Shown piece after piece: positions 41,239-51,291 of a DNA stretch of 64,000 bases. The DNA lies in assembly GCA_011388275.1 (NCBI GenBank), contig DSAB01000070.1, forward strand, positions 29-64,028. The letters are read 5' to 3'. This DNA comes from a bacterium (GTDB lineage Bacteria; Zhuqueibacterota; QNDG01; DSAB01). A program made the translations under genes and the position numbers. Within the stretch, counting starts at the first letter, position 1. Each line of letters starts with the position of its first letter. The notes below the pieces were generated by a model that was not told where the DNA came from, did not search any database, and saw nothing but the letters and a program-made list of their open reading frames with translations.

Positions 41239-43346
41239 GATTGGATTCAACAGGCCGTATGGCCAAAAGATCGGCCTGGATCGCGGGAGCCATCTGGATT
41301 GTGATGAGTCTTTCCGGCCGGGCCCGTACCTACCAATGGCCGACCAACGCAAGCCGTTTGATGACCTCTTCCTTCGGAGAATACCGCAAGACCCATGTTC
41401 ATGCGGGTCTGGATGTGAAGACATGGGGCCAGGAAGGGTATGAAATTTATGCGCTTCGGGATGGATTAATCAGTGCCGTATCGATTTCGCCTTATGGGTA
41501 CGGCCGGGCTCTGTACATCCGTTTGAATAATGGGTATACAGCCGTATACGGCCATCTGCAGCGGTATACCGACAGAGTGGAAGCCGCTTTACGAAGAGAG
41601 CAGATACGGCAGGGCCGGTATGCGGTCACACTCGGTTTCGGCGACGCTGCCATACCCGTTTCGAAGGGGGAGGTGGTCGGATTTACCGGTTCTTCCGGAA
41701 ACGGCGTTCCTCATCTGCACTTCGAAGTGCGCGACCAGAATGGTCATCCCATCAATCCCCTGCATCTGGATTTTCCGATTGTGGACCGGCATCTTCCCAC
41801 GGTCTCGGCATTCGCGGTCACCCCGCTCAAGCCCGGAAGCCATGTCTCCGGAGACTTCATTCCAGAGGTCTTTTCGGTTAGCTGGGCCGGGAAGGGAGAG
41901 TATGTTCTGAACGAACCTGTGACAGCAGGTGGTGTATTGGGGCTTTCCATATCGGGTTTTGACAGGGCGGATGGTGCATCAAATCCTTTCAGTTTCTATT
42001 GTCTGAGACTCTTTGTCAACGATTCCCTTTTATTCGAATCCCGGTACGATCGTCTGGATTTTCAATATTCTCATCATGTGAATCTTGACCGGGATTATCG
42101 GCTGATGCGGGAGGGATTCGGTCTTTTTCAAAATTTGTACCTGAGTGACGGCAATGAGCTCGATTTCTACAATCCGCGAATTCCCGGCGCCGGAAAACTG
42201 GCATGTATTGAACCGGGTGAAATAAAAGAAACATTCATCCAGCCGGGATATGCCATTCTAAAGCCGGGCACCGTTCCCTTTCGGGTTGAAGTGGAAGATT
42301 TCTTCGGTAATCGATCCGTGTTAAGCGGAGATTTGGAACTTGTTCCTTTGCAGAATTTTGCCGCTTCGGCGCGGTCTCAATATCAGCAAGCACGGGTTCC
42401 GGGTGAAACACAAGAGTACAGGGTGACTCTGGAATACCGCCCCATGGAACGCTGGATTCGGTATCGGCTGCAGTCCATGGCGCCGCTGGCGGATATCCCC
42501 GACCTTCGGGTTACCACACCCTTCTGTGAAGATCGGCCGGTTCTTCTGATCCCCCGGGATTACGAAACCTTTGTCGGCATGCTTCCATGGGAATCCGATG
42601 CCTCCGGGCCTGTGTCCATGACTGTGCGATGGCCCCTGCAGGACGGTCTTGAACAGATTACCCGTGAAAAGGTTCTGCTGTCCGATATCAGCACCGGGTG
42701 GGGCGGACGATTGATCTCTTCGGACGAACGGTGTCAGGTGATTTTCTCAAAGGGAGCTTTGTATCGATCCGCCGTGGGATTGTGCCGAACCGAGGTCCGG
42801 ACAGTGGAAAACGGGATTCTTGGAAAAGTCTATCATATTCATCCTGATGACATGCTGATGAGGCGGAGGGCTCTGATTCAGATCGAGATACCCGGTTATT
42901 TCGGAGATGTAACCCGTCTGGGAATCGCCCGTCTTGGAGACGACGAGGAAGATATTCATTTTCTGGGTGGGGAATGGGAGAACGGGGCCTTGTCAGCCTG
43001 GACGAATCGGCTTGGAAGTTTTACGGTTGTGGCAGACACCATGCCCCCGGTTCTCGAATATTTGCGTCCCGCTCATGGGGAGCGGGTGGAACCCAATGTG
43101 ACCATTGCGGCTGTTTTCAGGGATGATCTGTCAGGAATATCCGGTGAACGGAACATGGCTGTTACTTTGAATGGAGAACCCCTGATCATGGAGTATCTTC
43201 ACTTCAAAGACACGCTGATTCATCCCTGGGAATTGAATCTGGCGCCTGGAAACCATGTGCTGGAATTGACTTTGCGTGACCGTGCAGGGAATGTTACCAG
43301 AGCCGTTCATGAATTCAAAGTGATCGACACAGAGAGGAACCATTGA
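41235..43346 (+). CDS. Exported M23 family metallopeptidase with long C-terminal extension
   Basis: SSFGEYR..HVHAGLD (HxxxD), YGHL, PHLHFEVRD (HxH); C-terminal Ig-like region. Confidence 0.88.
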   Translation: MRLDSTGRMAKRSAWIAGAIWIVMSLSGRARTYQWPTNASRLMTSSFGEYRKTHVHAGLDVKTWGQEGYEIYALRDGLISAVSISPYGYGRALYIRLNNGYTAVYGHLQRYTDRVEAALRREQIRQGRYAVTLGFGDAAIPVSKGEVVGFTGSSGNGVPHLHFEVRDQNGHPINPLHLDFPIVDRHLPTVSAFAVTPLKPGSHVSGDFIPEVFSVSWAGKGEYVLNEPVTAGGVLGLSISGFDRADGASNPFSFYCLRLFVNDSLLFESRYDRLDFQYSHHVNLDRDYRLMREGFGLFQNLYLSDGNELDFYNPRIPGAGKLACIEPGEIKETFIQPGYAILKPGTVPFRVEVEDFFGNRSVLSGDLELVPLQNFAASARSQYQQARVPGETQEYRVTLEYRPMERWIRYRLQSMAPLADIPDLRVTTPFCEDRPVLLIPRDYETFVGMLPWESDASGPVSMTVRWPLQDGLEQITREKVLLSDISTGWGGRLISSDERCQVIFSKGALYRSAVGLCRTEVRTVENGILGKVYHIHPDDMLMRRRALIQIEIPGYFGDVTRLGIARLGDDEEDIHFLGGEWENGALSAWTNRLGSFTVVADTMPPVLEYLRPAHGERVEPNVTIAAVFRDDLSGISGERNMAVTLNGEPLIMEYLHFKDTLIHPWELNLAPGNHVLELTLRDRAGNVTRAVHEFKVIDTERNH

Positions 43347-44050
43347 TTCCCATACGAGACGACAACCCCACACCGTATTTTCCCCTGGTTACGATTTTAC
43401 TGATTCTCATCAATGTGGCGTTGCATATCTACCAGATATCACTGGGCGCGGGCGCAGAGGCCTTTCTTTACCGGTTTGGAGCCATTCCCTGGGAATTGAC
43501 CCGTGGATTGGAATGGCCGGGGCTGCCATCAGGATTTCAAACCCCGTCGGGACCGTGGGTGACACCGATGACTTCCATGTTCCTTCACGGCAGCATTCCC
43601 CATCTGATCGGCAATATGCTGTATCTGTGGATTTTCGGAGATAACGTGGAATCTCTCATGGGCCATGGACGTTTTATCTTTTTTTACCTGGTCTGCGGTC
43701 TGTTCGCGACCGCAGCCCAGATTTTTAGCCATCCGGATGCCGTCATTCCCATGGTGGGGGCCAGCGGGGCGGTATCGGGAGTTTTGGGCGCGTATTTAAT
43801 TCGATTTCCCCGTGCGCGTGTCCATGTGCTGTTTATCTGGTTCCTGTTTATTCGAATCATTCCCGTCCGGGCTTTTTTTGTGCTGGGGTTCTGGTTCCTT
43901 TTTCAGGTTTTCAACGGCCTTTTGTCTTCGGGGCATGGCCCGGGAGTGGCCTGGTTCGCTCATGTCGGAGGGTTTCTTTCCGGTATGATTCTGGTTTTCC
44001 TTTTTGAAAGAAAGGACCGGGTACTCCGTTTGCGGCGAGCTTCCTGGTAA
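43343..44050 (+). CDS. Rhomboid family intramembrane serine protease
   Basis: IPIRDDNP, SMFLHG..HL.GNM.YL, GASGA, AWFAHVGG; TTGA overlap with the M23 gene. Confidence 0.93.
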   Translation: MIPIRDDNPTPYFPLVTILLILINVALHIYQISLGAGAEAFLYRFGAIPWELTRGLEWPGLPSGFQTPSGPWVTPMTSMFLHGSIPHLIGNMLYLWIFGDNVESLMGHGRFIFFYLVCGLFATAAQIFSHPDAVIPMVGASGAVSGVLGAYLIRFPRARVHVLFIWFLFIRIIPVRAFFVLGFWFLFQVFNGLLSSGHGPGVAWFAHVGGFLSGMILVFLFERKDRVLRLRRASW

Positions 44051-44056
44051 AGCGGC

Positions 44057-44794
44057 ATGGACACTTCACTGTTGATTGCGGTGACTCTCACGGTATTTCT
44101 TTCGACTATGATTCGTTCCACATTCGGATTCGGCGATGCGCTGGTGGCCATGCCTTTGCTGACGATGTTTCTGGGTTTGAAGAGCGCTACACCCCTGGTC
44201 GCCCTTTTGGCGAGCACGATCGCTTTCGTGATACTCATCCGTCGATGGCGGGAAGTGGATATGGCCGGTGCCTGGCGGCTGATGCTGTCCACAGCCTTCG
44301 GCATTCCATTGGGTTTGCTGCTTCTGAAGAGCGGATGGGAAGTACCCATGAAAATGCTGCTGGCCGCAGTTATTATCGGTTTTGTTCTTCATCAATGGCT
44401 GCGTCCGCAATTCCGGCAGGTGAGCGGAAAGGCCGCCTGGATTTTTGGATTCATCGCGGGCATTCTGGGTGGTGCCTATAACACCAACGGTCCTCCGGTC
44501 GTGGTCTTCGGCACACTCCGGTGCTGGGATCCGGCCCGATTCAGGGCCACGCTGCAGGGATACTTTTTTCCAACGGGATTGCTTATTCTTGCCAGTCATG
44601 GTATGGGAGGCTTGTGGACGAGAGAGATTTATCATCTTTATTTACTCTGCCTGCCTGTTGTTCTGACGGCTGTTCTGGCGGGCGGTTATCTGCACGCGAG
44701 AATTCCGTCCGCACGATTTATGCACGCTGTTTATGGATTCCTGATGCTTCTGGGATTGTCACTGTTCATACAGACCCTGGGATTCTTCGATTGA
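44057..44794 (+). CDS. TauE/SafE (TSUP) family transporter
   Basis: GFGDALVAMPLL and GILGGAYNTNGPP repeats; multi-TM. Confidence 0.88.
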   Translation: MDTSLLIAVTLTVFLSTMIRSTFGFGDALVAMPLLTMFLGLKSATPLVALLASTIAFVILIRRWREVDMAGAWRLMLSTAFGIPLGLLLLKSGWEVPMKMLLAAVIIGFVLHQWLRPQFRQVSGKAAWIFGFIAGILGGAYNTNGPPVVVFGTLRCWDPARFRATLQGYFFPTGLLILASHGMGGLWTREIYHLYLLCLPVVLTAVLAGGYLHARIPSARFMHAVYGFLMLLGLSLFIQTLGFFD

Positions 44795-44828
44795 TCATCT
44801 GATTGTTTTCTTGAAAAGGAGGGATGGT

Positions 44829-45647
44829 ATGTTTAGGGTAAACAAAGGGATCTGTCGTTTACTGATAACTCTGTCGGTTTTGGCTCCCGCTGTATTGATG
44901 TTTTTTCATTGCGGCAGAAACAGCTGGGAGAGACAATCGATGAACGGATGGCTGCTGGAATACACGGTTTCCAGCCGGCCGGGCATCCCCCTGATGATAG
45001 AAGCCCTTCAGGAAGGACATGCGCGCGTGGAATCCTTTTTCGGCCGGTCCTTTCCCCGCGTGTATACAGTACGTATATTTCCAGACCGGAATTCACTCAC
45101 GAATTTCTGGCGAAAATCCTGGAACCTCCCGGATTTCGATCCGGAATGCTGGATGGTGGGCAGTGCGGGTTCGGATACACTCTCTTTGCTGGACATACAA
45201 GCCTGGGAGGTCGAAGCCTGCGAACACAACGCGAAGGATACGACCCGCATTTTTAGTCTCGTGGCCCATGAACAGGCACATATTTTTCACGGGCAGGTCA
45301 GTCCCAATCCCTCGTTCGACCATATGGAAGACGTGGGATGGTTTGTGGAGGGCATCGCCACGCTGGTTTCGGGGCAGCTGACAGGAGAACGTAAAAAAGG
45401 AGTGAGGGAGTGGTTTCTCCAGGGCAACGCCCCCGAACGGCTGGAAGAAGTATGGTCTGGCCCCCATCGCTATGGATTGGCCGGTTCATTGGCTGCCTGT
45501 CTGGAACAGGAATACGGGCGGGAAATGCTGTACCGGATGCTTTCGGAAACCACGGAGAGCGGGCTTCTGGCATGTCTTGGACTTGAAGAAAGAGAGCTGC
45601 TGGTTCGATGGCGGCGGTATGTGCTGACCGGGAAGATCGAACTTTAA
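44829..45647 (+). CDS. Hypothetical exported/lipoprotein with gluzincin (peptidase MA-like) motif
   Basis: Hydrophobic N-terminus ending FFHC; AHEQAH (HExxH) followed by WFVEGIA. Confidence 0.6.
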   Translation: MFRVNKGICRLLITLSVLAPAVLMFFHCGRNSWERQSMNGWLLEYTVSSRPGIPLMIEALQEGHARVESFFGRSFPRVYTVRIFPDRNSLTNFWRKSWNLPDFDPECWMVGSAGSDTLSLLDIQAWEVEACEHNAKDTTRIFSLVAHEQAHIFHGQVSPNPSFDHMEDVGWFVEGIATLVSGQLTGERKKGVREWFLQGNAPERLEEVWSGPHRYGLAGSLAACLEQEYGREMLYRMLSETTESGLLACLGLEERELLVRWRRYVLTGKIEL

Positions 45648-45765
45648 CGGGGAATACACGGTCCGGAGGCAAACACGGTTTGCATTCTCCGGGCCGTGAT
45701 CTGTTCTTCGACCGGGACATTCCATCGGCAGCTGACCGGATACGCGACGGCAGAGGTGGAATCGT

Positions 45766-47040
45766 ATGAACACTCGAAGGCTGATTGTTGTCGGAGGAGG
45801 ACCGGCGGGCCTGATGGCCGCGGGCCAGGCTGCGGGTCTGGGTGTGAAGACTCTTGTTCTGGAAAAGATGGACCGGCCCGGACGCAAACTGAGAATAACG
45901 GGAAAGGGCCGGTGCAATCTGACCAACGCCGCGAGCCTGGAAGACTTTCTGGCGCATTATGGAGACAACGGGCGTTTTCTCAGGCAGGCATTCGCCCGGT
46001 TTTTTTCCCAGGATCTGACGGCTTTTATCGGCGGACTGGGGATTACCGTGAAAACCGAGCGGGGAGGGCGGGTTTTCACGGAAGAGGGGGCCCCCGAACT
46101 GGCCGTCAGGCTGACGGAATGGGCCGGCAGGCAGGGGGTCTCTGTACGAACGGGAAGCCGGGTCACGGCGATCCATCATATCGATCGGGCTGTCACCGGT
46201 GTCCGAATCCTGTCTTCGGACGGCGATGCGGAAGATTCGGAAGCGGCATGTGTGATTCTGGCCGCGGGCGGCGCTTCCTATCCGGCTACGGGTTCTGCGG
46301 GTGACGGTTATCGTCTGGCAAAAGCTCTGGGACATGATATTGTTTCGCCGGGCCCGGCTCTGGTTCCGGTCGAAACCGAAGGGAATACAGCGGTCAGGCT
46401 TCAGGGGCTGAGTCTTCGCAATGTCGTCCTGAAAGTGCTCTGCGACGGCCGGGTTCAGGCCGAGGCCTTCGGCGAAATGCTGTTTACCCATTTCGGCGTA
46501 TCAGGGCCCATTGTGCTTTCATTGAGCAAAGTGATCGGCCGCTGCCTGAAAAAGAAAGATTCTGTGATTCTGTCCATCGATCTGAAGCCGGCCCTGGATG
46601 AAAACCGGCTCGATGAGCGTCTCAGGAGGGAACTCGACTTGCATGGAAAGCGGTCGCTTCAGAATATGCTGAAAACCCTGCTCCCTTCGGCTTTGATACC
46701 CGTTTGCCTGGATGCTTTGCGCCTGGACCCTCACAAACCGGGGCATCAGATCACGGCCGAAGAACGAACCCGGCTTCGTGCCTGGCTCAAGAATATGGAA
46801 TTGAAGGTTCTCCGGACCCGTCCGATGGCGGAGGCCATCGTTACCGCGGGGGGGATTTCTCTTCACCAGGTAGACCCGAGAACTATGGCATCCCGGGTTG
46901 TTTCCGGATTGTACTTCGCCGGTGAAGTGCTGGATCTGGACGGAGATACCGGCGGATTCAATCTGCAGGCGGCCTTTTCCACGGGCTGGCTGGCCGGCCG
47001 GTCCGCGGCCCGGTGGCTGACGGACCAGGTGAAAGGATGA
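45766..47040 (+). CDS. HI0933/BaiN-like FAD-dependent oxidoreductase
   Basis: VVGGGPAGLMAA, GRKL.ITGKGRCNLTN, GG.SYP.TGS.GDG, LFTHFG.SGP, GDTGGFNLQAA. Confidence 0.93.
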   Translation: MNTRRLIVVGGGPAGLMAAGQAAGLGVKTLVLEKMDRPGRKLRITGKGRCNLTNAASLEDFLAHYGDNGRFLRQAFARFFSQDLTAFIGGLGITVKTERGGRVFTEEGAPELAVRLTEWAGRQGVSVRTGSRVTAIHHIDRAVTGVRILSSDGDAEDSEAACVILAAGGASYPATGSAGDGYRLAKALGHDIVSPGPALVPVETEGNTAVRLQGLSLRNVVLKVLCDGRVQAEAFGEMLFTHFGVSGPIVLSLSKVIGRCLKKKDSVILSIDLKPALDENRLDERLRRELDLHGKRSLQNMLKTLLPSALIPVCLDALRLDPHKPGHQITAEERTRLRAWLKNMELKVLRTRPMAEAIVTAGGISLHQVDPRTMASRVVSGLYFAGEVLDLDGDTGGFNLQAAFSTGWLAGRSAARWLTDQVKG

Positions 47041-47077
47041 TTGTTCATGCATAAAGCACAACCTTCGGATTCCCGGC

Positions 47078-47230
47078 ATGCGGGTTTTCTCCGCTCATGT
47101 GATCCTCTCCCGCATGCCCTCCACCAGCGAGTGGGACGGCCTGATGCACCGTGCTGAATCGGCGCTGAAAAAGAGATACCGGCTTATAGAGACCACTCTT
47201 CAGCCGGGGGTGAAGCAGCAAAAAGGGTGA
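47078..47230 (+). pseudogene. Possible remnant of a cation-diffusion-facilitator C-terminal domain
   Basis: 50-codon ORF MRVFSAHVIL..AESALKKRYRLIETTLQP resembles the CDF C-terminal pattern SAHV..L...F.I...TLQ; no TM part present. Confidence 0.3.
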
Positions 47231-47352
47231 AAAGGATAAATACGTTTCCGGATTATTGATCGGAACACAGGGCTCTGATATTCCTTGTTCGGTAAAAACA
47301 GAAAGGCATATCCTTCGACGGCCCGGATGAATATGGTCAAAGGGAGGCAGAC

Positions 47353-47664
47353 ATGAGATCCGTTTGTTGCATTTTTCTAGCGATGCTGCTGTTTCTCAAC
47401 TGCGCGAAACGGGGCGGAGTCGAGGGGACCGTGATTGATCGGGAATCGGGTCATCCGGAGCAGGGTGTCCGGGTTCGGGTTCTCGAGTCGGGTTCCACTG
47501 CGCAGAGTGACCGGGCGGGTCATTACCGGATTTCGGTAACGGAGCGGGATTTTATCCTGCTGTTCGAAAAAGAGGGGTTCGAACCGGTCCGCGTGCAGGC
47601 GGTGGAGATGAAACCGGGACGCTGGTACCGAATGGATGTGGCTCTTATTCCCGGCAATGGATAA
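47353..47664 (+). CDS. Small lipoprotein with carboxypeptidase-regulatory-like (prealbumin-like) domain
   Basis: Lipobox-like FLNC; G.V.D..SG.P..GV.V..SD..G.Y.I..GF pattern; GGAGG RBS. Confidence 0.72.
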   Translation: MRSVCCIFLAMLLFLNCAKRGGVEGTVIDRESGHPEQGVRVRVLESGSTAQSDRAGHYRISVTERDFILLFEKEGFEPVRVQAVEMKPGRWYRMDVALIPGNG

Positions 47665-47784
47665 TCTCCGGCGATGTACGATCCTATCGTTTTTTTTATT
47701 GTCCGATATTCTTAAATTGTTTAAATTGTTATATACATGAATCGGCATCAAATAATCTGCAGACAGTTAACAAAGGAGGGGTCA

Positions 47785-49836
47785 ATGCGATTTTTCACAG
47801 TGATGCTTCTCATGGGGCTGGGTGTGAATCTGGCCGCAGCCGCGGCATCGGCCGGAAAGGAAACCCATCCATTTTCGGTTCATGACATGCTGGCCATGGA
47901 CCGGATTTCCGATCCTCAAATATCGCCAGACGGACAGAATGTAGTTTTCACTCTGCGAAAAACGGATTTAAAGGCCAATCGGGGCCGAACCGATCTCTGG
48001 ATTGTCGAAGCGGATGGTCAGAATTTACGGCGGCTGACTTCACATCCCGCCGGAGATTTTAATCCCCGATGGTCATCCTGCGGTAAATACATCCTGTTTC
48101 TGTCGACACGCTCGGGTTCTTCGCAAGTGTGGAGCATCCGTGTGGACGGCGGCGAAGCCGTTCAGCTCACGGATCTGCCTCTGGACGTGGGGAATCTCGT
48201 GGTTTCTCCTTATGGAGAGTACATCGCATTTACCACGGAAGTTTTTGTCAATAAATGCATGAAGGGCACACGCAAACAGCTGGATGAGACCGCAGCTGAT
48301 CCGATGACCGGCCGTATTTACGATTCGATCTTTATCCGTCACTGGGATACCTGGAAAGACGGACGCCGGTCCCATCTTTTTGTCATGTCTCTTAAAGACA
48401 AAAATCCGGTGGATGTCATGAAGGCCATGGATGCGGACACGCCATCCAAACCATTCGGCGGACCCGAGGAGATCGCTTTCGCTCCGGGCAACAGCGGCAT
48501 TGTTTTCACAACCAGGAATGTGGGCCGTGAAGAAGCCTGGTCCACAAACTTCGATCTCTTTCTCGCGTCCCTGGACGGACGCGGAGAGCCGGTCTGTCTG
48601 ACCGGGGAGAACGAAGCCTGGGACACGAGTCCCGTCTTCTCACCGGACGGAAAAACCATGGCCTATCTCGCCATGGCCGTGCCGCGGTATGAATCGGACC
48701 GATTTCGTATTGTGCTGAGAACCGGAAAGAATTGGGAGCAGAAGCGGGTGCTTACCGAGTCCTGGGACTTCTCGCCGGGTTCCATCGCCTTCTCCGCCGA
48801 CGGCAAGGAGATCTACGCCACAGCGGCCAATAAAGGCCAGCGGTCTCTCTTTGCCCTGGATATGCGTACCGGCAAGGACCGGGTTCTGGTGCGCGACGGA
48901 TATGTGGCCAGTCTCGCAGGAGCCGCCGGGACGCGGATCATCTTCGGCATGGATCATTTGCAGTCTCCGGTGGAATTGTACTCCATTCATTCCGACGGCC
49001 GTCAACTCAAGCCCATAACCCGAATCAATGCCGATAAACTCGAATCAGTCCGAATGGGGTATGCCGAACAATTTTCCTTTGCCGGCTGGAATGACGAAAC
49101 CGTGTATTGTTATATCGTGAAACCTGTGGATTTCGATCCGTCGAAGAAATATCCCGTGGCTTTCCTGATTCACGGCGGTCCGCAGGGGTCTTTCGGAAAC
49201 CATTTTCATTATCGCTGGAATCCGCAGGCTTACGCCGGCGCCGGATATGCTGCGGTCATGGTCGATTTTCACGGATCGGTCGGCTACGGACAGGCATTCT
49301 GTGACGCCATTCGCGGAGACTGGGGGGGCAAGCCGCTGGAAGACCTTGTCAAGGGTCTGGATGCCGCTCTGAAGCGTTATCCCTGGATGGACGGGGAACG
49401 CGTGGGCGCTCTGGGAGCCTCTTTCGGCGGATGGATGATCAACTGGATCGCCGGTCAATTGCCGGAACGTTTTAAATGTCTGGTAAGTCACGACGGCAAT
49501 CTCGATGAACGCATGGCGTATTTCAACACCGAGGAGCTCTGGTTCCCTGAATGGGATCATATGGGAACACCCTGGACCAATCCGGAGGGGTATGAAAAAC
49601 ACAATCCGGTAAATCATGTGGGCAAATGGAAAACCCCCATGCTGGTGATTCACGGAGCTCTGGACTATCGGGTCGTGGACACCCAGGGAATCGGGACCTT
49701 TAACGCGTTGCAGCGCAGGGGTATTCCCAGCCGTCTGCTGTATTTTCACGACGAAAATCACTGGGTGCTTAAACCGCACAATTCCATCCAGTGGCATGAT
49801 ACGGTGATCGGCTGGCTGGATCAGTGGTGTAAATAA
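47785..49836 (+). CDS. Secreted S9C peptidase (dipeptidyl-peptidase V-like) with PD40 propeller
   Basis: Signal peptide, SPDG repeats, IHGGPQG, GASFGG nucleophile, DYRV, ENHWV; AAGGAGG RBS. Confidence 0.93.
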   Translation: MRFFTVMLLMGLGVNLAAAAASAGKETHPFSVHDMLAMDRISDPQISPDGQNVVFTLRKTDLKANRGRTDLWIVEADGQNLRRLTSHPAGDFNPRWSSCGKYILFLSTRSGSSQVWSIRVDGGEAVQLTDLPLDVGNLVVSPYGEYIAFTTEVFVNKCMKGTRKQLDETAADPMTGRIYDSIFIRHWDTWKDGRRSHLFVMSLKDKNPVDVMKAMDADTPSKPFGGPEEIAFAPGNSGIVFTTRNVGREEAWSTNFDLFLASLDGRGEPVCLTGENEAWDTSPVFSPDGKTMAYLAMAVPRYESDRFRIVLRTGKNWEQKRVLTESWDFSPGSIAFSADGKEIYATAANKGQRSLFALDMRTGKDRVLVRDGYVASLAGAAGTRIIFGMDHLQSPVELYSIHSDGRQLKPITRINADKLESVRMGYAEQFSFAGWNDETVYCYIVKPVDFDPSKKYPVAFLIHGGPQGSFGNHFHYRWNPQAYAGAGYAAVMVDFHGSVGYGQAFCDAIRGDWGGKPLEDLVKGLDAALKRYPWMDGERVGALGASFGGWMINWIAGQLPERFKCLVSHDGNLDERMAYFNTEELWFPEWDHMGTPWTNPEGYEKHNPVNHVGKWKTPMLVIHGALDYRVVDTQGIGTFNALQRRGIPSRLLYFHDENHWVLKPHNSIQWHDTVIGWLDQWCK

Positions 49837-49843
49837 GGAGATG

Positions 49844-49876
49844 AAAAAACCTCCCGGGGCGATTTTCCCCGGGAGG
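49844..49876. terminator. Strong hairpin after the S9 peptidase; U-tract only on the minus strand
   Basis: A6 + CCTCCCGGGG-CGATTTT-CCCCGGGAGG perfect 10-bp stem. Confidence 0.65.
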
Positions 49877-50000
49877 CCTGACCGGCCGGAGGGTTTCCGC
49901 GAAGCAGGCAGGGTTACCGGTTCCCGCCCTCGACAGGCTCGACGACCTCATCAGACCCCTTGAACCCGGGGGCCATCAGCCGAACAGGCAGGAGGTATTT

Positions 50001-51125
50001 ATGCCGATCGAAGTGAGGGAAATCGGTTCCCGAAAGGACCTCAGAGATTTTATTTACCTTCCCGAGAAGATTCACCGCGGTCACGCCGAATGGGTTCCCC
50101 CCATCTATGTGGATGAATGGTCCTATTTCAATCCCAAAAAGAACCGGTCTTTTGAGTATTGTGACACGGTTCGTGTACTGGCCATTCAGGACGGACAAGT
50201 AACCGGTCGTGTCATGGGTATCATCAACCATCGTCATAACGCCGCTCAGGGCATCCGGAACGGACGGTTCTGTTATCTGGAATGCCCTGATGATCAAGAA
50301 ACGGTTCATGCCCTGCTGTCTTATATTGAAAAATGGGCCATGAACCGCGGAATGGAAAAGCTGGTCGGTCCGTATGGATTTTCCGATCAGGATCCGGAAG
50401 GTTTTATCATTGAAGGTCAGGAATATCCGGCCACGATCGCCTGTTACTACAATTACGATTATTTGGTGGAGCTGGTCGAAAACGAGGGATACACGAAGGA
50501 AGTGGATTATGTGGTATACCAGGTGCCTGTTCCCGCGGAGATACCCGGATTTTACCGGAAAATCTATGAGCGCAGTCTGAGATCCGGAGAGTTCAGACTC
50601 AAGGAATTCACCAGCCGCAGGCAGATCAAGCCTTATATCCATTCCGTTTTCAAACTGATGAATGAAACGTACAGTCATCTTTACGGTTTTGTCCCTCTCG
50701 AGCCCAAAGAGATGGATGATTTGACGCGGAGGTATCTGCCTGTTCTGGATCCCCGTTTTATTAAAATTGTGCTGAGGAACGAGGAGGTTGTCGCGTTTGC
50801 ACTGGGAATTCCCAATATGATACCCGGTATTCGAAAGTCAAGAGGCCGTCTGCTGCCTTTCGGGCTCCTTTATATACTTCGTGCCGGAAAGAAAACAAAT
50901 CAGCTGGATATGCTGCTGGGAGCTGTCAAGGAAAAGTTTCGGGGACGGGGTCTGGACGTCATGATGGGGCTGAAAATTCTTGAATCGGCGTCCAGGGCCG
51001 GTATGACCGTGATTGACAGCCATCACGAATTGGAAATGAATGCGAAGATGCGGGCTGAAAACGAGAGAATGGGCGGGAAAATCATCAAGCGATACCGGGT
51101 GTATCAGAAATCACTCATTTCATAA
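50001..51125 (+). CDS. YghO-like tandem GNAT-fold hypothetical protein
   Basis: FI.LP.KI..WVPP, GR..GIINH, RF..LE..DD, GP.GFSD.DPEG, YN..Y, GAV..FRGRG, KRYRVYQK. Confidence 0.75.
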   Translation: MPIEVREIGSRKDLRDFIYLPEKIHRGHAEWVPPIYVDEWSYFNPKKNRSFEYCDTVRVLAIQDGQVTGRVMGIINHRHNAAQGIRNGRFCYLECPDDQETVHALLSYIEKWAMNRGMEKLVGPYGFSDQDPEGFIIEGQEYPATIACYYNYDYLVELVENEGYTKEVDYVVYQVPVPAEIPGFYRKIYERSLRSGEFRLKEFTSRRQIKPYIHSVFKLMNETYSHLYGFVPLEPKEMDDLTRRYLPVLDPRFIKIVLRNEEVVAFALGIPNMIPGIRKSRGRLLPFGLLYILRAGKKTNQLDMLLGAVKEKFRGRGLDVMMGLKILESASRAGMTVIDSHHELEMNAKMRAENERMGGKIIKRYRVYQKSLIS

Positions 51126-51159
51126 TTTTTTATGAATATATCATCCTGTTCACATCAGG

Positions 51160-51185
51160 GGCCGTGGTTTGTCCATGGCCTTTTT
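51160..51185 (+). terminator. Intrinsic terminator
   Basis: GGCCGTGG-TTTGT-CCATGGCC followed by T5. Confidence 0.65.
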
Positions 51186-51291
51186 CATATTCCAGTCCGC
51201 TGCAATGGTTCTGTCAGGGAAAACATCGGCTGATGCGTATTAATGTGTGGAATAATGAATGAGGATCTGTAAATAAACGATGTGAAAGGAT

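Noticed and set aside
45298-46491. 397-aa minus-strand ORF and the alternative-frame 45696..46304 ORF
   Set aside because: Shadows of the HI0933-family gene in GC-rich sequence.
49841-49963. Small ORF MKKPPGAIFPGR.. after AAGGAG
   Set aside because: The RBS abuts the ATG with no spacing and the ORF runs through a terminator hairpin.
49877-50000. 6S RNA or SRP RNA
   Set aside because: No long closing stem with a central bubble and no SRP helix-8 motif could be identified by eye.
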